NCBI GenBank assembly: GCA_016650015.1
Contig: JAENWV010000002.1
Span: 1 to 39,760 of the forward strand
DNA length: 39,760 bases
Source of the DNA: Thermoleophilia bacterium
Lineage (GTDB): Bacteria > Actinomycetota > Thermoleophilia > BMS3ABIN01
Direction of reading: 5' to 3'
Numbering within the stretch: the first letter of the stretch is position 1; each line of letters starts with the position of its first letter. Positions 25,194 to 35,213 of the stretch are shown here, piece after piece. The notes beneath the pieces were generated by a model, which made no database searches, was not told the DNA's origin, and worked only from the letters and a program-made list of their open reading frames with translations. The translations under genes were made by a program, and so were the position numbers.

Positions 25194-25739
25194 ATGTATG
25201 CGGTTATCGAACTTTGCGGAAAACAATACAAGGTGGCGCAGGGCGACGAGTTCCTCGTCGACCGGCTCGACCTCGACGAGGGCAAGACCCTTTCAATCAC
25301 GCCAATACTATTGGGCGGCGAGACGCGCGCCATCACCGCGGACGAGCTCAAGGGCTCCAAGGTCAAGGCCAAGGTGGAGGAGCATCTGCTGGGCGACAAG
25401 ATCCGCGTCTTCAAGTACAAGCCGAAGAGTGGCTACCGCCGGACCAAGGGCCATCGCAGCCGTCTCTCGAAGGTATCGATTCAGACCATAACCGGGCCAG
25501 GCGGCAAGAAGATCGAAGAGAAGCCGGAGGCCAAGGTTGAATCGAAGCCGGCAGCCAAGGCGGATAAAGCCGAGGCCAAGGCACCGAAGACCGAAGCAAA
25601 AACGGCGAAAGCCGAAACCAAGGCGCCGAAGGCTGAGACCAAGGCCGCCAAGCCGGAGACGAAATCAGCAAAAGCTGACACGAAGAGCGCCAAACCAGCG
25701 AAGTCAGCAAAAAAAGACACAAAGCCGGAGAAGGAATAA
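25194..25739 (+). CDS. rplU: 50S ribosomal protein L21 with ~80-aa Lys/Ala/Glu/Thr-rich C-terminal extension
   Basis: MYAVIELCGKQYKVAQGDEFLVDRL...IRVFKYKPKSGYRRTKGHRSRLSKVSIQTI is a complete L21 core of about 100 aa. It is followed by PEAKVESKPAAKADKAEAKAPKTEAKTAKAETKAPKAETKAAKPETKSAKADTKSAKPAKSAKKDTKPEKE. GAGGAAG lies before the ATG. Confidence 0.93.
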   Translation: MYAVIELCGKQYKVAQGDEFLVDRLDLDEGKTLSITPILLGGETRAITADELKGSKVKAKVEEHLLGDKIRVFKYKPKSGYRRTKGHRSRLSKVSIQTITGPGGKKIEEKPEAKVESKPAAKADKAEAKAPKTEAKTAKAETKAPKAETKAAKPETKSAKADTKSAKPAKSAKKDTKPEKE

Positions 25740-26000
25740 ATGGCTCATAAAAAGGGTGCAGGCACAAGCAGGAACGGTCGCGACTCAGCGGCGCAGCGGC
25801 TGGGATGCAAGAATTTTGGCGGCCAGGTCGTGACGGCCGGCTCGATCATCGTGCGCCAGCGCGGCACGCGGTTCCGTCCGGGACCCGGCGCCGGCATCGG
25901 CGGTGACGATACGATTTTCGCCAAGCTAACCGGGCGAGTGGTGTTTACCCAGGGGGCTTCGCGGATGATCAGCGTGGTTCCGGTTGAGGAAGGCTCCTGA
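25740..26000 (+). CDS. rpmA: 50S ribosomal protein L27
   Basis: [28 protein letters not shown]...[10 protein letters not shown]. The ATG immediately follows the rplU stop. There is no N-terminal propeptide. Confidence 0.96.
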   Translation: MAHKKGAGTSRNGRDSAAQRLGCKNFGGQVVTAGSIIVRQRGTRFRPGPGAGIGGDDTIFAKLTGRVVFTQGASRMISVVPVEEGS

Positions 26001-26032
26001 TATTTCTTCTCTTTGGGGATAGAATGAATTTT

Positions 26033-26060
26033 AGGCCGCCGTTTGGGCGGCTTTTTTATT
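26033..26060 (+). terminator. Rho-independent terminator after rpmA
   Basis: GCCGCC (26035-26040), loop GTTTG, GGCGGC (26046-26051), then TTTTTTATT. Confidence 0.75.
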
Positions 26061-26071
26061 GCTCAGGATGA

Positions 26072-27445
<1,374 letters not shown>

Positions 27446-27538
27446 AAAAAGCTAATTTATTGCCTGGAATAGTCGCTCGGAGTGGCACTTATTTTGGGAG
27501 TGTACGCAATTGGAAAAAAATTGTACGATAGATAGATA

Positions 27539-28528
27539 GTGCCTGATAATTTCGCCGACAAACTCGCCGCCACCATAATCGCCAGGCAGTCCCAGGTCTG
27601 CGTAGGCCTGGACCCGCGACTTGACCGCATGCCGCCATCGCTCGTCGAACGCTACCGAGAAGCCCCCCGCAAAGGCTGCGGTTGCGGCCGTCATGAGATC
27701 GGCGCCTGTTTCGAGGAGTTCGGCGTCGCCATCATCGACGCCGTGGCGCCGCATGCGGTGGCCATCAAGCTCCAGCTCGCCTGCTTCGAGCAGTACGGAC
27801 CTCCGGGGATCAAAGCCTTCAAGCATCTCTGTAAACGTGCAGCCAAGGCTGGTCTGATAGTCATCGCCGACGCCAAGCGCGGTGACATCGGCATCTCCGC
27901 CGCCGCCTACTCGGCCGCCTTTATCGGCCGCCCGCAAGGCTTTGATGGCGAAATAGACGGTTTCAACGCCGACGCCCTGACCGTGAATCCGCTGTTCGGC
28001 AGCGACGGCATGCAGCCGTTCATCGACGATTGTCAGAAATACGGCGCCGGCATCTTCGTACTGGTCAAGACTTCCAACCCGGGTTCGGCCGCTTTGCAGG
28101 ACCTTATTGTTATGGCGGGACCGGATAGCGGCGGTGAAACAGCCGGAGCGAGCGGCGCATTTGGGGGAAACCCCAGCAAATACTACGAAAAAGTCGCCTC
28201 CCTCGCGGATAAATGGGGCGCGGGCCTGATTGGCGAGTCGGGCTATAGTAGCGTCGGAGCCGTAATCGGCGCTACTCACCCGGAAACGCTCGCCACTCTC
28301 CGCCAGGCGCTGCCACATACACCTTTCCTCCTACCGGGCTACGGCGCACAGGGAGCGGGAGCGGCCGATGTAGCTCCTGCTATCGATTCCAGTGGGCTGG
28401 GTGCCCTCGTCACGGCTTCTCGTAGTATAATCTACGCTGGAGCAGGTGAGGATTTCGCCGGGCGGGCGGCAGAAGCGGCCGAGCGGATGCGAGTCGAGCT
28501 TTGGCAGGCGAACCGCGGCAACGGCTGA
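27539..28528 (+). CDS. pyrF: Orotidine 5'-phosphate decarboxylase, long (type 2) form
   Basis: VCVGLDPRLDRMP, AIKLQLACFEQYG, VIADAKRGDIG, LPGYGAQG. GTG start with no obvious SD. Confidence 0.85.
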   Translation: MPDNFADKLAATIIARQSQVCVGLDPRLDRMPPSLVERYREAPRKGCGCGRHEIGACFEEFGVAIIDAVAPHAVAIKLQLACFEQYGPPGIKAFKHLCKRAAKAGLIVIADAKRGDIGISAAAYSAAFIGRPQGFDGEIDGFNADALTVNPLFGSDGMQPFIDDCQKYGAGIFVLVKTSNPGSAALQDLIVMAGPDSGGETAGASGAFGGNPSKYYEKVASLADKWGAGLIGESGYSSVGAVIGATHPETLATLRQALPHTPFLLPGYGAQGAGAADVAPAIDSSGLGALVTASRSIIYAGAGEDFAGRAAEAAERMRVELWQANRGNG

Positions 28529-28620
28529 CCCGAGCTTGCTTCGACTTATCGACGCAGCCGGGTTCCGATATCAGGCAGGCCGGTCAGCTCACCCGGTAAC
28601 ACATGTTGGAGGAACGGCAG

Positions 28621-28968
28621 ATGTATTCGCAAGTCGAACCTAAAATTCTGAGATCGATGGGTATTATCGCCCTGGTAGCCGCCTTCATGGCAGCAGCCAT
28701 CATCACCTTCAATTCAGGGATACTGGGCGGTAGCGATTCTTCAGGTTCTGTCGAAGTGCTCGACAGCGCTTCAGGGGTGCCGATCGAGTCCCAGGTTCCC
28801 CAGGCTACGACAGCGACCACCGGAGCCCGCAGCCATGTGGTTGCCGACGGCGACAGCTTCTATACGATCGCCCGCAAGTACAATGTTTCGATTTCCGAGA
28901 TCCAGCAGCTGAATCCCAACGTCGATCCACAGAACCTGACCACCGGCCTCAGAATCTCTATCCCTTGA
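28621..28968 (+). CDS. Membrane-anchored LysM domain protein
   Basis: TM helix (MGIIALVAAFMAAAIITF), Ser/Thr-rich linker, LysM motif (HVVADGDSFYTIARKYNVSISEIQQLNPNV...GLRISIP). The ATG at 28621 lies 7 nt after GGAGGA (28608-28613) and is preferred over 28603. Confidence 0.85.
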   Translation: MYSQVEPKILRSMGIIALVAAFMAAAIITFNSGILGGSDSSGSVEVLDSASGVPIESQVPQATTATTGARSHVVADGDSFYTIARKYNVSISEIQQLNPNVDPQNLTTGLRISIP

Positions 28969-28972
28969 TGAT

Positions 28973-30139
28973 ATGAAACGTGTTTTACCGGCACTTCTGT
29001 TACTGATAGTTCTGCTTTTTGTCCTGGCGCCGCTGGCCAGCGCCCAGGAAGCGCAGGCGCTACCGCCTGTTTCCGCCCGCTCCGTGGTCATGTTGAACGC
29101 CGACACCGGCCAGGTCATCCTGAGCATCAATCCCGACGAACGCCTGGCGATGGCCAGCACGACCAAGATGATGACGGCGCTGCTGATCATCGAGAACTGC
29201 AAGGACCTGAACGCTCAGGTAACGGCCAGTCAGCGCGCCGCCGAAGTGGGAGAGTCCTCCATCTTCCTGGTGGCCGGAGAGAGCCTCACCGTGCGTGAGA
29301 TGCTCTACGGCATGCTGATTCAGAGCGGTAATGATGCCGCCACGGCGCTGGCCGAGTTCGAGGCAGGCAGCGTCGAGGTTTTCGACGAGCAGATGAACCA
29401 GCGGGCCACGCGGCTGGGAATGACCAACTCCCACTTCACCAACCCGCACGGTCTTGATGATCCCAACCATTACACCAGTGCCGCCGATTTCGCCAGGCTG
29501 GGCCGCGAACTGATGAAACACCAGGAGATCCGCGACATAGTCAAGCTTCCCGAGTTCACGATTTCCTGGCCGGGACAGCCCTGGCCGCGTGTGCTGATTA
29601 ATCATAATCACCTGCTGGAACAGTACTCATTCATCAATGGCATCAAGACCGGTTACACTGACGCGGCTGGCCAGTGCATAGTCATCTCCGCAAGTGAGAA
29701 CGGGGTCAACCTGATTATTTCCTACATGGGTGGGCCATCATTGGGGCAGCGTGACTCCGAGATTGTCAGCCTCGCACGCTACGGATTCGACAGCTACCGG
29801 CAACAGATGGTCATCGCCCAGGGGACGGAATATACCACAACCGAGGTGCCATACTACCGAAACAGGCGCCTGCCGCTGGTCGCCCAGGACAACGTCAGCC
29901 GTGTCGTCTATATTCGGGACAGCATCGAACAGAAATTCGTCCTGCCGGACAAGCTGACGCTTCCGGTACACAAGGGTGATAAGATTGGTCTGGTAGAAGC
30001 CTATGATAACGGCAAGTTCCTGGGAAGTACGTATCTGGTTGCCACCGAGGATATCGCCGAGCCGGACATGAGCGAGCGGATCACTTATTATGTGCAGTCG
30101 GCATTCGGATTCCTGTTATCGGCAGTCAAGCCCGGCTAG
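28973..30139 (+). CDS. D-alanyl-D-alanine carboxypeptidase (S11 family low-MW PBP)
   Basis: Signal peptide, SxxK (ASTTKMM), SxN (QSGNDAA), KTG (IKTGYT) and a C-terminal PBP5-like beta domain. Confidence 0.9.
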   Translation: MKRVLPALLLLIVLLFVLAPLASAQEAQALPPVSARSVVMLNADTGQVILSINPDERLAMASTTKMMTALLIIENCKDLNAQVTASQRAAEVGESSIFLVAGESLTVREMLYGMLIQSGNDAATALAEFEAGSVEVFDEQMNQRATRLGMTNSHFTNPHGLDDPNHYTSAADFARLGRELMKHQEIRDIVKLPEFTISWPGQPWPRVLINHNHLLEQYSFINGIKTGYTDAAGQCIVISASENGVNLIISYMGGPSLGQRDSEIVSLARYGFDSYRQQMVIAQGTEYTTTEVPYYRNRRLPLVAQDNVSRVVYIRDSIEQKFVLPDKLTLPVHKGDKIGLVEAYDNGKFLGSTYLVATEDIAEPDMSERITYYVQSAFGFLLSAVKPG

Positions 30140-30169
30140 TTTCAACCGTCCGGGGGGAGGTTCCATCAG

Positions 30170-31117
30170 ATGATCGTGACCGTAACACTGAACGCTGCGC
30201 TCGACCGCACGCTGACGGTGCCGAATTTTCAGGCGGGCTTCCGCCACAGGGCCAGCGAGAGCCTGACCCTCCCCGGCGGCAAGGGCGTCAATATCGCCCG
30301 GGCTCTGAAATCTCTCGGCCAGCCGGTCATCGCGACCGGGCTGGCCGGCGGCAAGACCGGCATCAGGATCGTCGAAGATCTGACCGCTGAAGGCATCCTC
30401 AACGATTTTGTGCGGATACGCGGGGAATCACGAACCTCATCCGCCATCATTGATCCCACCAGCAATACCCAGACCGAGGTCAACGAGTACGGTCCCGTGG
30501 TCACGGCGCGGGAGCTGCATGCTTTCATGGAGAAGTTCACCTACATCGCCAAGGGTGCTGACGTGGTTATCGTCGCCGGTTCGCTGCCACGCAAGGTCAA
30601 GGATTCTTTCTATAAGGACATCATCGGCGCGATGTCCGCCACCGGTGTCATGACAGTCCTGGATACAGCCGGCGAGCCGCTCAGGCTGGCGATCAAGGCA
30701 AAACCCGGTTTGGTTTCACCAAATATCTACGAGGCCGAGGCGCTCGTCGGCCATGAGTTCGGCGAGGACGAGGACTCCCTGCATGCCGCGGTACAACTGA
30801 GCCGCATGGGCGCCGGTTCCGCCATTATTACCCATCCCAGCGGCTGTTTCGCTTTCCTGGACGATGGCAACGGTGTCCAGAAGACCTACAAGGTCCAGAC
30901 GCCGGCGCTCGACCCGCTGAGCACGGTCGGTTCGGGTGACGCTTTTCTGGCCGGTTTTGTTTCGGCGAGGCTTTCCGGCAAGGAAGACGGTGAATGTCTG
31001 CGCTACGGCGTTGCCTGCGGCGCCGCGAATACCCAGAAGTATGGCGCCGGCATTTTCGATGTTCACGAAATGAAACGGTTGATACCGAAGACCAGGGTGG
31101 AAGAGGTACAGCTGTAA
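30170..31117 (+). CDS. PfkB-family sugar-phosphate kinase (1-phosphofructokinase / tagatose-6-P kinase-like)
   Basis: MIVTVTLNAALDRT start, GGKGVNIA, C-terminal GSGDAFLAGF and GAANT motifs typical of FruK/LacC/PfkB. The substrate cannot be assigned from sequence alone. Confidence 0.82.
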   Translation: MIVTVTLNAALDRTLTVPNFQAGFRHRASESLTLPGGKGVNIARALKSLGQPVIATGLAGGKTGIRIVEDLTAEGILNDFVRIRGESRTSSAIIDPTSNTQTEVNEYGPVVTARELHAFMEKFTYIAKGADVVIVAGSLPRKVKDSFYKDIIGAMSATGVMTVLDTAGEPLRLAIKAKPGLVSPNIYEAEALVGHEFGEDEDSLHAAVQLSRMGAGSAIITHPSGCFAFLDDGNGVQKTYKVQTPALDPLSTVGSGDAFLAGFVSARLSGKEDGECLRYGVACGAANTQKYGAGIFDVHEMKRLIPKTRVEEVQL

Positions 31118-31157
31118 GCTGCAGGCCAGGAATCCGAAGGACTTAATAAAGCGCATC

Positions 31158-31190
31158 AAAAAAGGAAGCTGACCGGGCTTCCTTTTTTGG
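31158..31190. terminator. Bidirectional-looking intrinsic terminator
   Basis: AAAAAA, GGAAGC (31164-31169), loop TGACCGG, GCTTCC (31177-31182), TTTTTT. Confidence 0.75.
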
Positions 31191-31213
31191 AGGATGAAGG
31201 GTATTCGGTTGTT

Positions 31214-31477
31214 TTAGCAATTACTGGTGTCCGTCTGCGGAGAACGGGAAGCTCCGGCCGGTTTCAACCAATCAGTTGGCTTGGACGGGGCTGGTCTCTC
31301 ATACCCACCGTGAATGCTTACACTGCTTTCATCGGGCAGGCCCCGGAAATCCTTTAACTTCAAGCAGCGCGTCGTTATGCGCCACCCCCCCCAAATCCCA
31401 AAGGCGATTAACCAGAGTAAAGCGACTGCTTCATTAATGATTGTGCGATTGGCGTCCCTCGCAATATAATCAGTCAT
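31214..31477 (-). CDS. Hypothetical 87-aa protein with one predicted TM helix (doubtful)
   Basis: It is the only minus-strand ORF not shadowing a + gene. It has a hydrophobic stretch AVALLWLIAFGIWGGW and converges on the bidirectional terminator. Against it: AT-richer codons, no SD, and its start overlaps the candidate GT promoter. Confidence 0.25.
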   Translation of the reverse strand: MTDYIARDANRTIINEAVALLWLIAFGIWGGWRITTRCLKLKDFRGLPDESSVSIHGGYERPAPSKPTDWLKPAGASRSPQTDTSNC

Positions 31478-31545
31478 CCGGAAAACTTAATATCCGGTTG
31501 AGTCCCCAGCAGTGGCCGCCGGGCCAGGGCGTTTGGAGGAATGGA

Positions 31546-32787
31546 TTGACCAAAGTTGCCTTTGTTTCTTTTCGCCTCAAGGCTCTGGACGGCGTGTCCG
31601 CCGAAGCGGAAAAATGGATCAATGTATTCGAGCAGTGGGGCTGTGAGGTTCACAGGGTGGCCGGCCAGATCCCTGATGCCGCCGAGAATGACCACGTAAT
31701 ATCCGAACTGAATTACCTCGATCCCCAGGTTGAGTCGCTCACCGAAATGGCTTTCGACCCGGGACAGGACCGGGAAATCGTCGAGCGCGAATTCGCCCGG
31801 CTGGAGGAGGAGATCGAACGGCGGCTCGTCCCGGAGCTCAATGATATAGCTCCCGACGTCGTCGTAGTCGAGAATGTCTTCTCGTTGCCTCTCAATCTGC
31901 CTTTCACGGTGGTGCTCTGCCGATATCTCGAGGATGCGGACGTTGCCTCCATCGCCGTTCACCACGATTTCTTCTGGCAGGACCCCAAGTTCAGGAAATG
32001 CCTCTTCGAGGAGATGCTGGCGAGCCATTTTCCAGCCTCTCTGCCGCGGATGAGGCACGTGACCATCAATAACAGGAGCCGCGAGGAACTCTTCCGGCGC
32101 ACCGGTGTGGCCGCTACCTGCATTCACAACTGTTTCGATTTTGATCTGCCCCGGGAGCCGGATGATTTCAACAAAAATCTGCGGGCCGATCTCGGCATTT
32201 CTGAAGAAACGGTGATGTTTCTTCAGCCGACGCGGGCCATCGAGCGCAAGGGTATCGGTCTGTCGATCCGGTTTGTCGAGGATTTTGCGGCTGCCATCGG
32301 TCGGCCGGCGCGGCTGGTTGTCACCGGGCCCTGCGAGCAGGGTTACGAGGGCAAGTTTGGCCGCATGTGCCGCAACTCCAAGGCCGAGGTGCTTCATGTT
32401 CCCAACTGGCTGGGCAGTTACCGGAATCACCCCAGCGCCGGGTCTCCCTACGATGTACGCGACGCTTACGCGGTCAGCGACATGGTGACATTCCCCAGCT
32501 ATCGGGAAGGTTTTGGCAACCCCGTGCTGGAGTCGGTGGTGCATCGCAAGCTGTTGCTGGTGGCGGACTACCCGGTGCTGGAGGAGTTACGCGAATTCGG
32601 TTTCCAGTTTCTACAGCTGGATGACCGGGCGGTGGAAAGAGCGGTGAAGATCATGGAGTATCCGACGCTGATGGAAGAAATGGCGGACAGGAACTTCGAG
32701 ATCGGCAGGAAAAATTTCTCCATGGATAAACTGCGTGAGGAAATGACGGAACTACTCTCTTCAGTTGCCATGCCCGCGATGGACTAG
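31546..32787 (+). CDS. GT-B fold glycosyltransferase, GT4-like (retaining)
   Basis: EX7E motif (EGFGNPVLE) near the C-terminus and an overall GT4-like layout. The TTG at 31546 lies 5 nt after GGAGGA (31535-31540) and is preferred over the 31441 start. A candidate promoter TTGTGC-18 nt-TATAAT lies at 31441-31470. Confidence 0.8.
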   Translation: MTKVAFVSFRLKALDGVSAEAEKWINVFEQWGCEVHRVAGQIPDAAENDHVISELNYLDPQVESLTEMAFDPGQDREIVEREFARLEEEIERRLVPELNDIAPDVVVVENVFSLPLNLPFTVVLCRYLEDADVASIAVHHDFFWQDPKFRKCLFEEMLASHFPASLPRMRHVTINNRSREELFRRTGVAATCIHNCFDFDLPREPDDFNKNLRADLGISEETVMFLQPTRAIERKGIGLSIRFVEDFAAAIGRPARLVVTGPCEQGYEGKFGRMCRNSKAEVLHVPNWLGSYRNHPSAGSPYDVRDAYAVSDMVTFPSYREGFGNPVLESVVHRKLLLVADYPVLEELREFGFQFLQLDDRAVERAVKIMEYPTLMEEMADRNFEIGRKNFSMDKLREEMTELLSSVAMPAMD

Positions 32788-32803
32788 CTGGTTGCCGATC
32801 CGT

Positions 32804-32821
32804 CTGCCCATCCCTGGGCAG
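32804..32821. other. 7-bp perfect hairpin CTGCCCA-tccc-TGGGCAG between convergent ORFs (no U-tract)
   Basis: Read directly, 17 nt after the glycosyltransferase stop. Confidence 0.4.
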
Positions 32822-32857
32822 GAAGGGCGGTTTGCATTCGAAGTCTGTGGAGCTTCG

Positions 32858-32992
32858 CTACTTAAGGTTGATCGCGGCCGCCAGGCCGATCGCCAACATC
32901 AACCCGCTATAGCCATGGTATTGGGATATCCAGAGGGAGATAGCCGTGATGAAACAGCCAACGGTTATGATAAGGTAAGCTATCCTGGGCAA
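32858..32992 (-). CDS. Candidate 44-aa two-helix small membrane protein (not in ORF track)
   Basis: Hand translation of the minus strand from the TTG: (M)PRIAYLIITVGCFITAISLWISQYHGYSGLMLAIGLAAAINLK. AAAGGAGA lies 7 nt upstream of the TTG. There are two hydrophobic segments. Confidence 0.3.
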   Translation of the reverse strand: MPRIAYLIITVGCFITAISLWISQYHGYSGLMLAIGLAAAINLK

Positions 32993-33074
32993 AGTCCCCG
33001 TCTCCTTTGAGGTACACTGGTTGGCAAGACTTCCCGCAACGAATCATATTATACTTTAGGCTTCCTGAATAATA

Positions 33075-34109
33075 ATGACAGCATACAAATCAGAAACCAA
33101 CGCCAGGACCGTTATCGCCCTCGACGCCATGGGTGGTGATTATGCGCCAGACGAAGTCGTGCTCGGCGCTGCGGCTGTTGCCAGCGCTTCCCTTAATATA
33201 ACGCTTACCGGCTCGCCGGACGAGATTGAGCGTTGCCTGGCCGGGGCTGATCCGGAATCACGGCAATATCTGAAGATTGCCGCTGCGTCCGAAGTCATCG
33301 GATTCGACGAGGATCCGGTCAAGTCCGTTCGGTCCAAAGCGGACTCCTCGCTGGTCGTGGCCTGCCGGGAGGTAGCCGAGGGCCGCGCTGACGGCGTTGT
33401 TTCTGCCGGGAATACAGGCGCCATATTGACCGCGGCCCTATTGAACCTGAAGCGCATAAAGGGGCTCAAGCGGCCGGGGCTTTGCGCCGTGCTGCCGACC
33501 CCGGGCAAACCCACCCTGTTTATCGACGTGGGGGCGAACGCCGAGGTGCGCCCTGTCCACCTGCTGGAGTTCGCCAACATGGCGAGCATCTTCGCCCAGG
33601 ATGTCCTGGAGATACCAGACCCGTCCGTCGGCCTGGTTTCCATCGGCGAGGAGTCTGTCAAGGGCGATGAGCTGGTGCTCGAGGCCCACCGCCTGATGGC
33701 TGAATCCCCGGATCTGAATTTCTATGGCAACGTCGAGGGCCGTGATATCGTCAGGCAGGTGGTTGACGTGGTGGTCACCGATGGCTTCACCGGCAACGTC
33801 TGCCTCAAGCTGATGGAGAGCACTTCGTCGCTGATCGTCGAAGAGGTCAAGAAGGCGGCGAGCCGCAGCCTGATGGCCAAAATCGGCGGCCTTTTGCTCA
33901 AGAAGGAGATCGTGGCGTTTAAGAAGAGTATCGATACCGAGGAGTATGGCGGCGCTTACCTTCTGGGTGTTCGTGGGTTAGCGGTCGTCTGTCACGGTAA
34001 TTCCAGTCGCAAGGCAATCGCCAGCGCCCTCAAGTATGCCGCCCGCGCCTCGGAGCAGAGACTGATCAACAAGCTCGAGGAACGCATTGCCACTCTGGTC
34101 CAGACTTAG
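33075..34109 (+). CDS. plsX: Phosphate acyltransferase PlsX
   Basis: IALDAMGGDYAP, SAGNTGA, VTDGFTGNV motifs, with plsX-acpP-rnc-smc-ftsY synteny. Confidence 0.93.
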   Translation: MTAYKSETNARTVIALDAMGGDYAPDEVVLGAAAVASASLNITLTGSPDEIERCLAGADPESRQYLKIAAASEVIGFDEDPVKSVRSKADSSLVVACREVAEGRADGVVSAGNTGAILTAALLNLKRIKGLKRPGLCAVLPTPGKPTLFIDVGANAEVRPVHLLEFANMASIFAQDVLEIPDPSVGLVSIGEESVKGDELVLEAHRLMAESPDLNFYGNVEGRDIVRQVVDVVVTDGFTGNVCLKLMESTSSLIVEEVKKAASRSLMAKIGGLLLKKEIVAFKKSIDTEEYGGAYLLGVRGLAVVCHGNSSRKAIASALKYAARASEQRLINKLEERIATLVQT

Positions 34110-34189
34110 AAAAATGCAGCCGGTGACTACCCGGGATGTCGCGGATTGCATCAAGGGCATCGCGATCATTCTGGTGATCGCTAAGCATT

Positions 34190-34218
34190 TTGAAAAAACC
34201 GGCCGGGCGTGGTAGATT
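34190..34218 (+). promoter_or_regulatory. Candidate promoter TTGAAA-17 nt-(TGg)TAGATT upstream of acpP
   Basis: TTGAAA at 34190-34195, TAGATT at 34213-34218, preceded by TG at 34210-34211. Confidence 0.45.
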
Positions 34219-34266
34219 CACCCGAACGAATTATCAGGCCTCAATCGAATCCATGGAGGATATTGA

Positions 34267-34506
34267 ATGACAAAAGAGGAAGTCTTTGAGCAAATAAAAG
34301 CCATGCTGATAGACCAGCTGGGCGTTGATGAAGAAGATGTTAAAATGGAAGCATCTTTCCAGGACAATCTGGATGCCGACTCCCTCGACCTGGTTGAGCT
34401 GATCATGGAGATGGAAGACAAGTTCGGCGTCAAGATTTCCGACGAAGAGGCTCAGAATATACGCACTGTCAGCGAAGCAGTGGAGTTTGTATCGGCCCGC
34501 ACCTAG
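34267..34506 (+). CDS. acpP: Acyl carrier protein
   Basis: 79 aa, with the phosphopantetheine site DLDADSLDLVELIMEMEDKFG. GGAGGA lies 6 nt upstream of the ATG. Confidence 0.96.
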   Translation: MTKEEVFEQIKAMLIDQLGVDEEDVKMEASFQDNLDADSLDLVELIMEMEDKFGVKISDEEAQNIRTVSEAVEFVSART

Positions 34507-35206
34507 CAAGGCAACGTTACTTGTGGCAACACTTGCCCAACTAGCAGAACAGCTGCAGCCGGACCTGGCCCGGCAGGTGTTCACGCACTCCTCATGGGCG
34601 TCCGAGCGGACGCTCTCCTACGAACGACTCGAATTTCTCGGCGACAGCGTGCTGGGCTTATGCATCAGCACGGAGATCTACCAGCGCTATCCCGACTATA
34701 ATGAAGGCGAGCTGGCCAAGGTGCGTGCATACGTGGTCAGCCGCTACACCTGCGCCAAGGTCGGACAGACCCTGAAACTCTCCGATCGCCTGATGCGGAC
34801 CGCCGAGGAGATGGAAGGTGCCAATGTCGTTCAGCTGGCCGAAAACTCCAATGTGCTCGCCGCCGTAGTGGAAGCGCTGATCGGCGCCCTCTACCTGCAG
34901 TTCGGCCTGGAAAGCATCATCGATGGGGTTATCAAAGCTTTTGACGAACACATCATCTATGCCGCCAGCGAGCACGTCGATTTTAAAACCGTTCTGCAGG
35001 AAGAAGTGGCCAAGAGGGGCAGCGAGGTGACTTACGAGGTAGTCGAAGCCGAGGGGCCGCCACATGAGCGGCTGTTCACCTCGGAGGTGGTCCTCGACGG
35101 CGAGGTGCTCGGCCAGGGGCGCGGCAAGACCAAGAAGGTATCGCAACAGGCGGCGGCGAAGGAAGCTTTGGACGTACTGCGGGTTCGGAAGGAAGGCGCT
35201 TCCTGA
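34487..35206 (+). CDS. rnc: Ribonuclease III (start uncertain: TTG 34487 or GTG 34523)
   Basis: RNase III signature ERLEFLGDSVLG and a C-terminal dsRBD (KTVLQEEVAKRG...GKTKKVSQQAAAKEAL). Confidence 0.93.
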   Translation: MYRPAPSKATLLVATLAQLAEQLQPDLARQVFTHSSWASERTLSYERLEFLGDSVLGLCISTEIYQRYPDYNEGELAKVRAYVVSRYTCAKVGQTLKLSDRLMRTAEEMEGANVVQLAENSNVLAAVVEALIGALYLQFGLESIIDGVIKAFDEHIIYAASEHVDFKTVLQEEVAKRGSEVTYEVVEAEGPPHERLFTSEVVLDGEVLGQGRGKTKKVSQQAAAKEALDVLRVRKEGAS

Positions 35207-35213
35207 CCCCGCC

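Noticed and set aside
27527-27538. (GATA)3 microsatellite and TGTACG direct repeats immediately upstream of the pyrF GTG, considered as a phase-variable or regulatory element.
   Set aside because: The repeat is too short, and no convincing promoter geometry or PyrR-type binding loop is recognisable. I cannot support a function.
31230-32807. 9-bp direct repeat TCCGTCTGC (31230-31238 and 32799-32807) flanking the glycosyltransferase segment, considered as a target-site duplication.
   Set aside because: A shared 9-mer between two ~300-nt flanks is roughly expected by chance (order 0.3 occurrences). There are no inverted ends or mobility genes.
32765-33010. 81-aa + strand ORF downstream of the glycosyltransferase.
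   Set aside because: It starts inside the GT 3' end and has no SD and a compositionally odd translation. The opposite strand offers a better-supported, though still tentative, small membrane ORF.
34114-34215. 33-aa + strand ORF (MQPVTTRDVADCIKGIAIILVIAKHFEKTGRAW) in the plsX-acpP gap.
   Set aside because: It has no SD and overlaps the better-supported acpP promoter candidate. It is too short to evaluate without comparative data.
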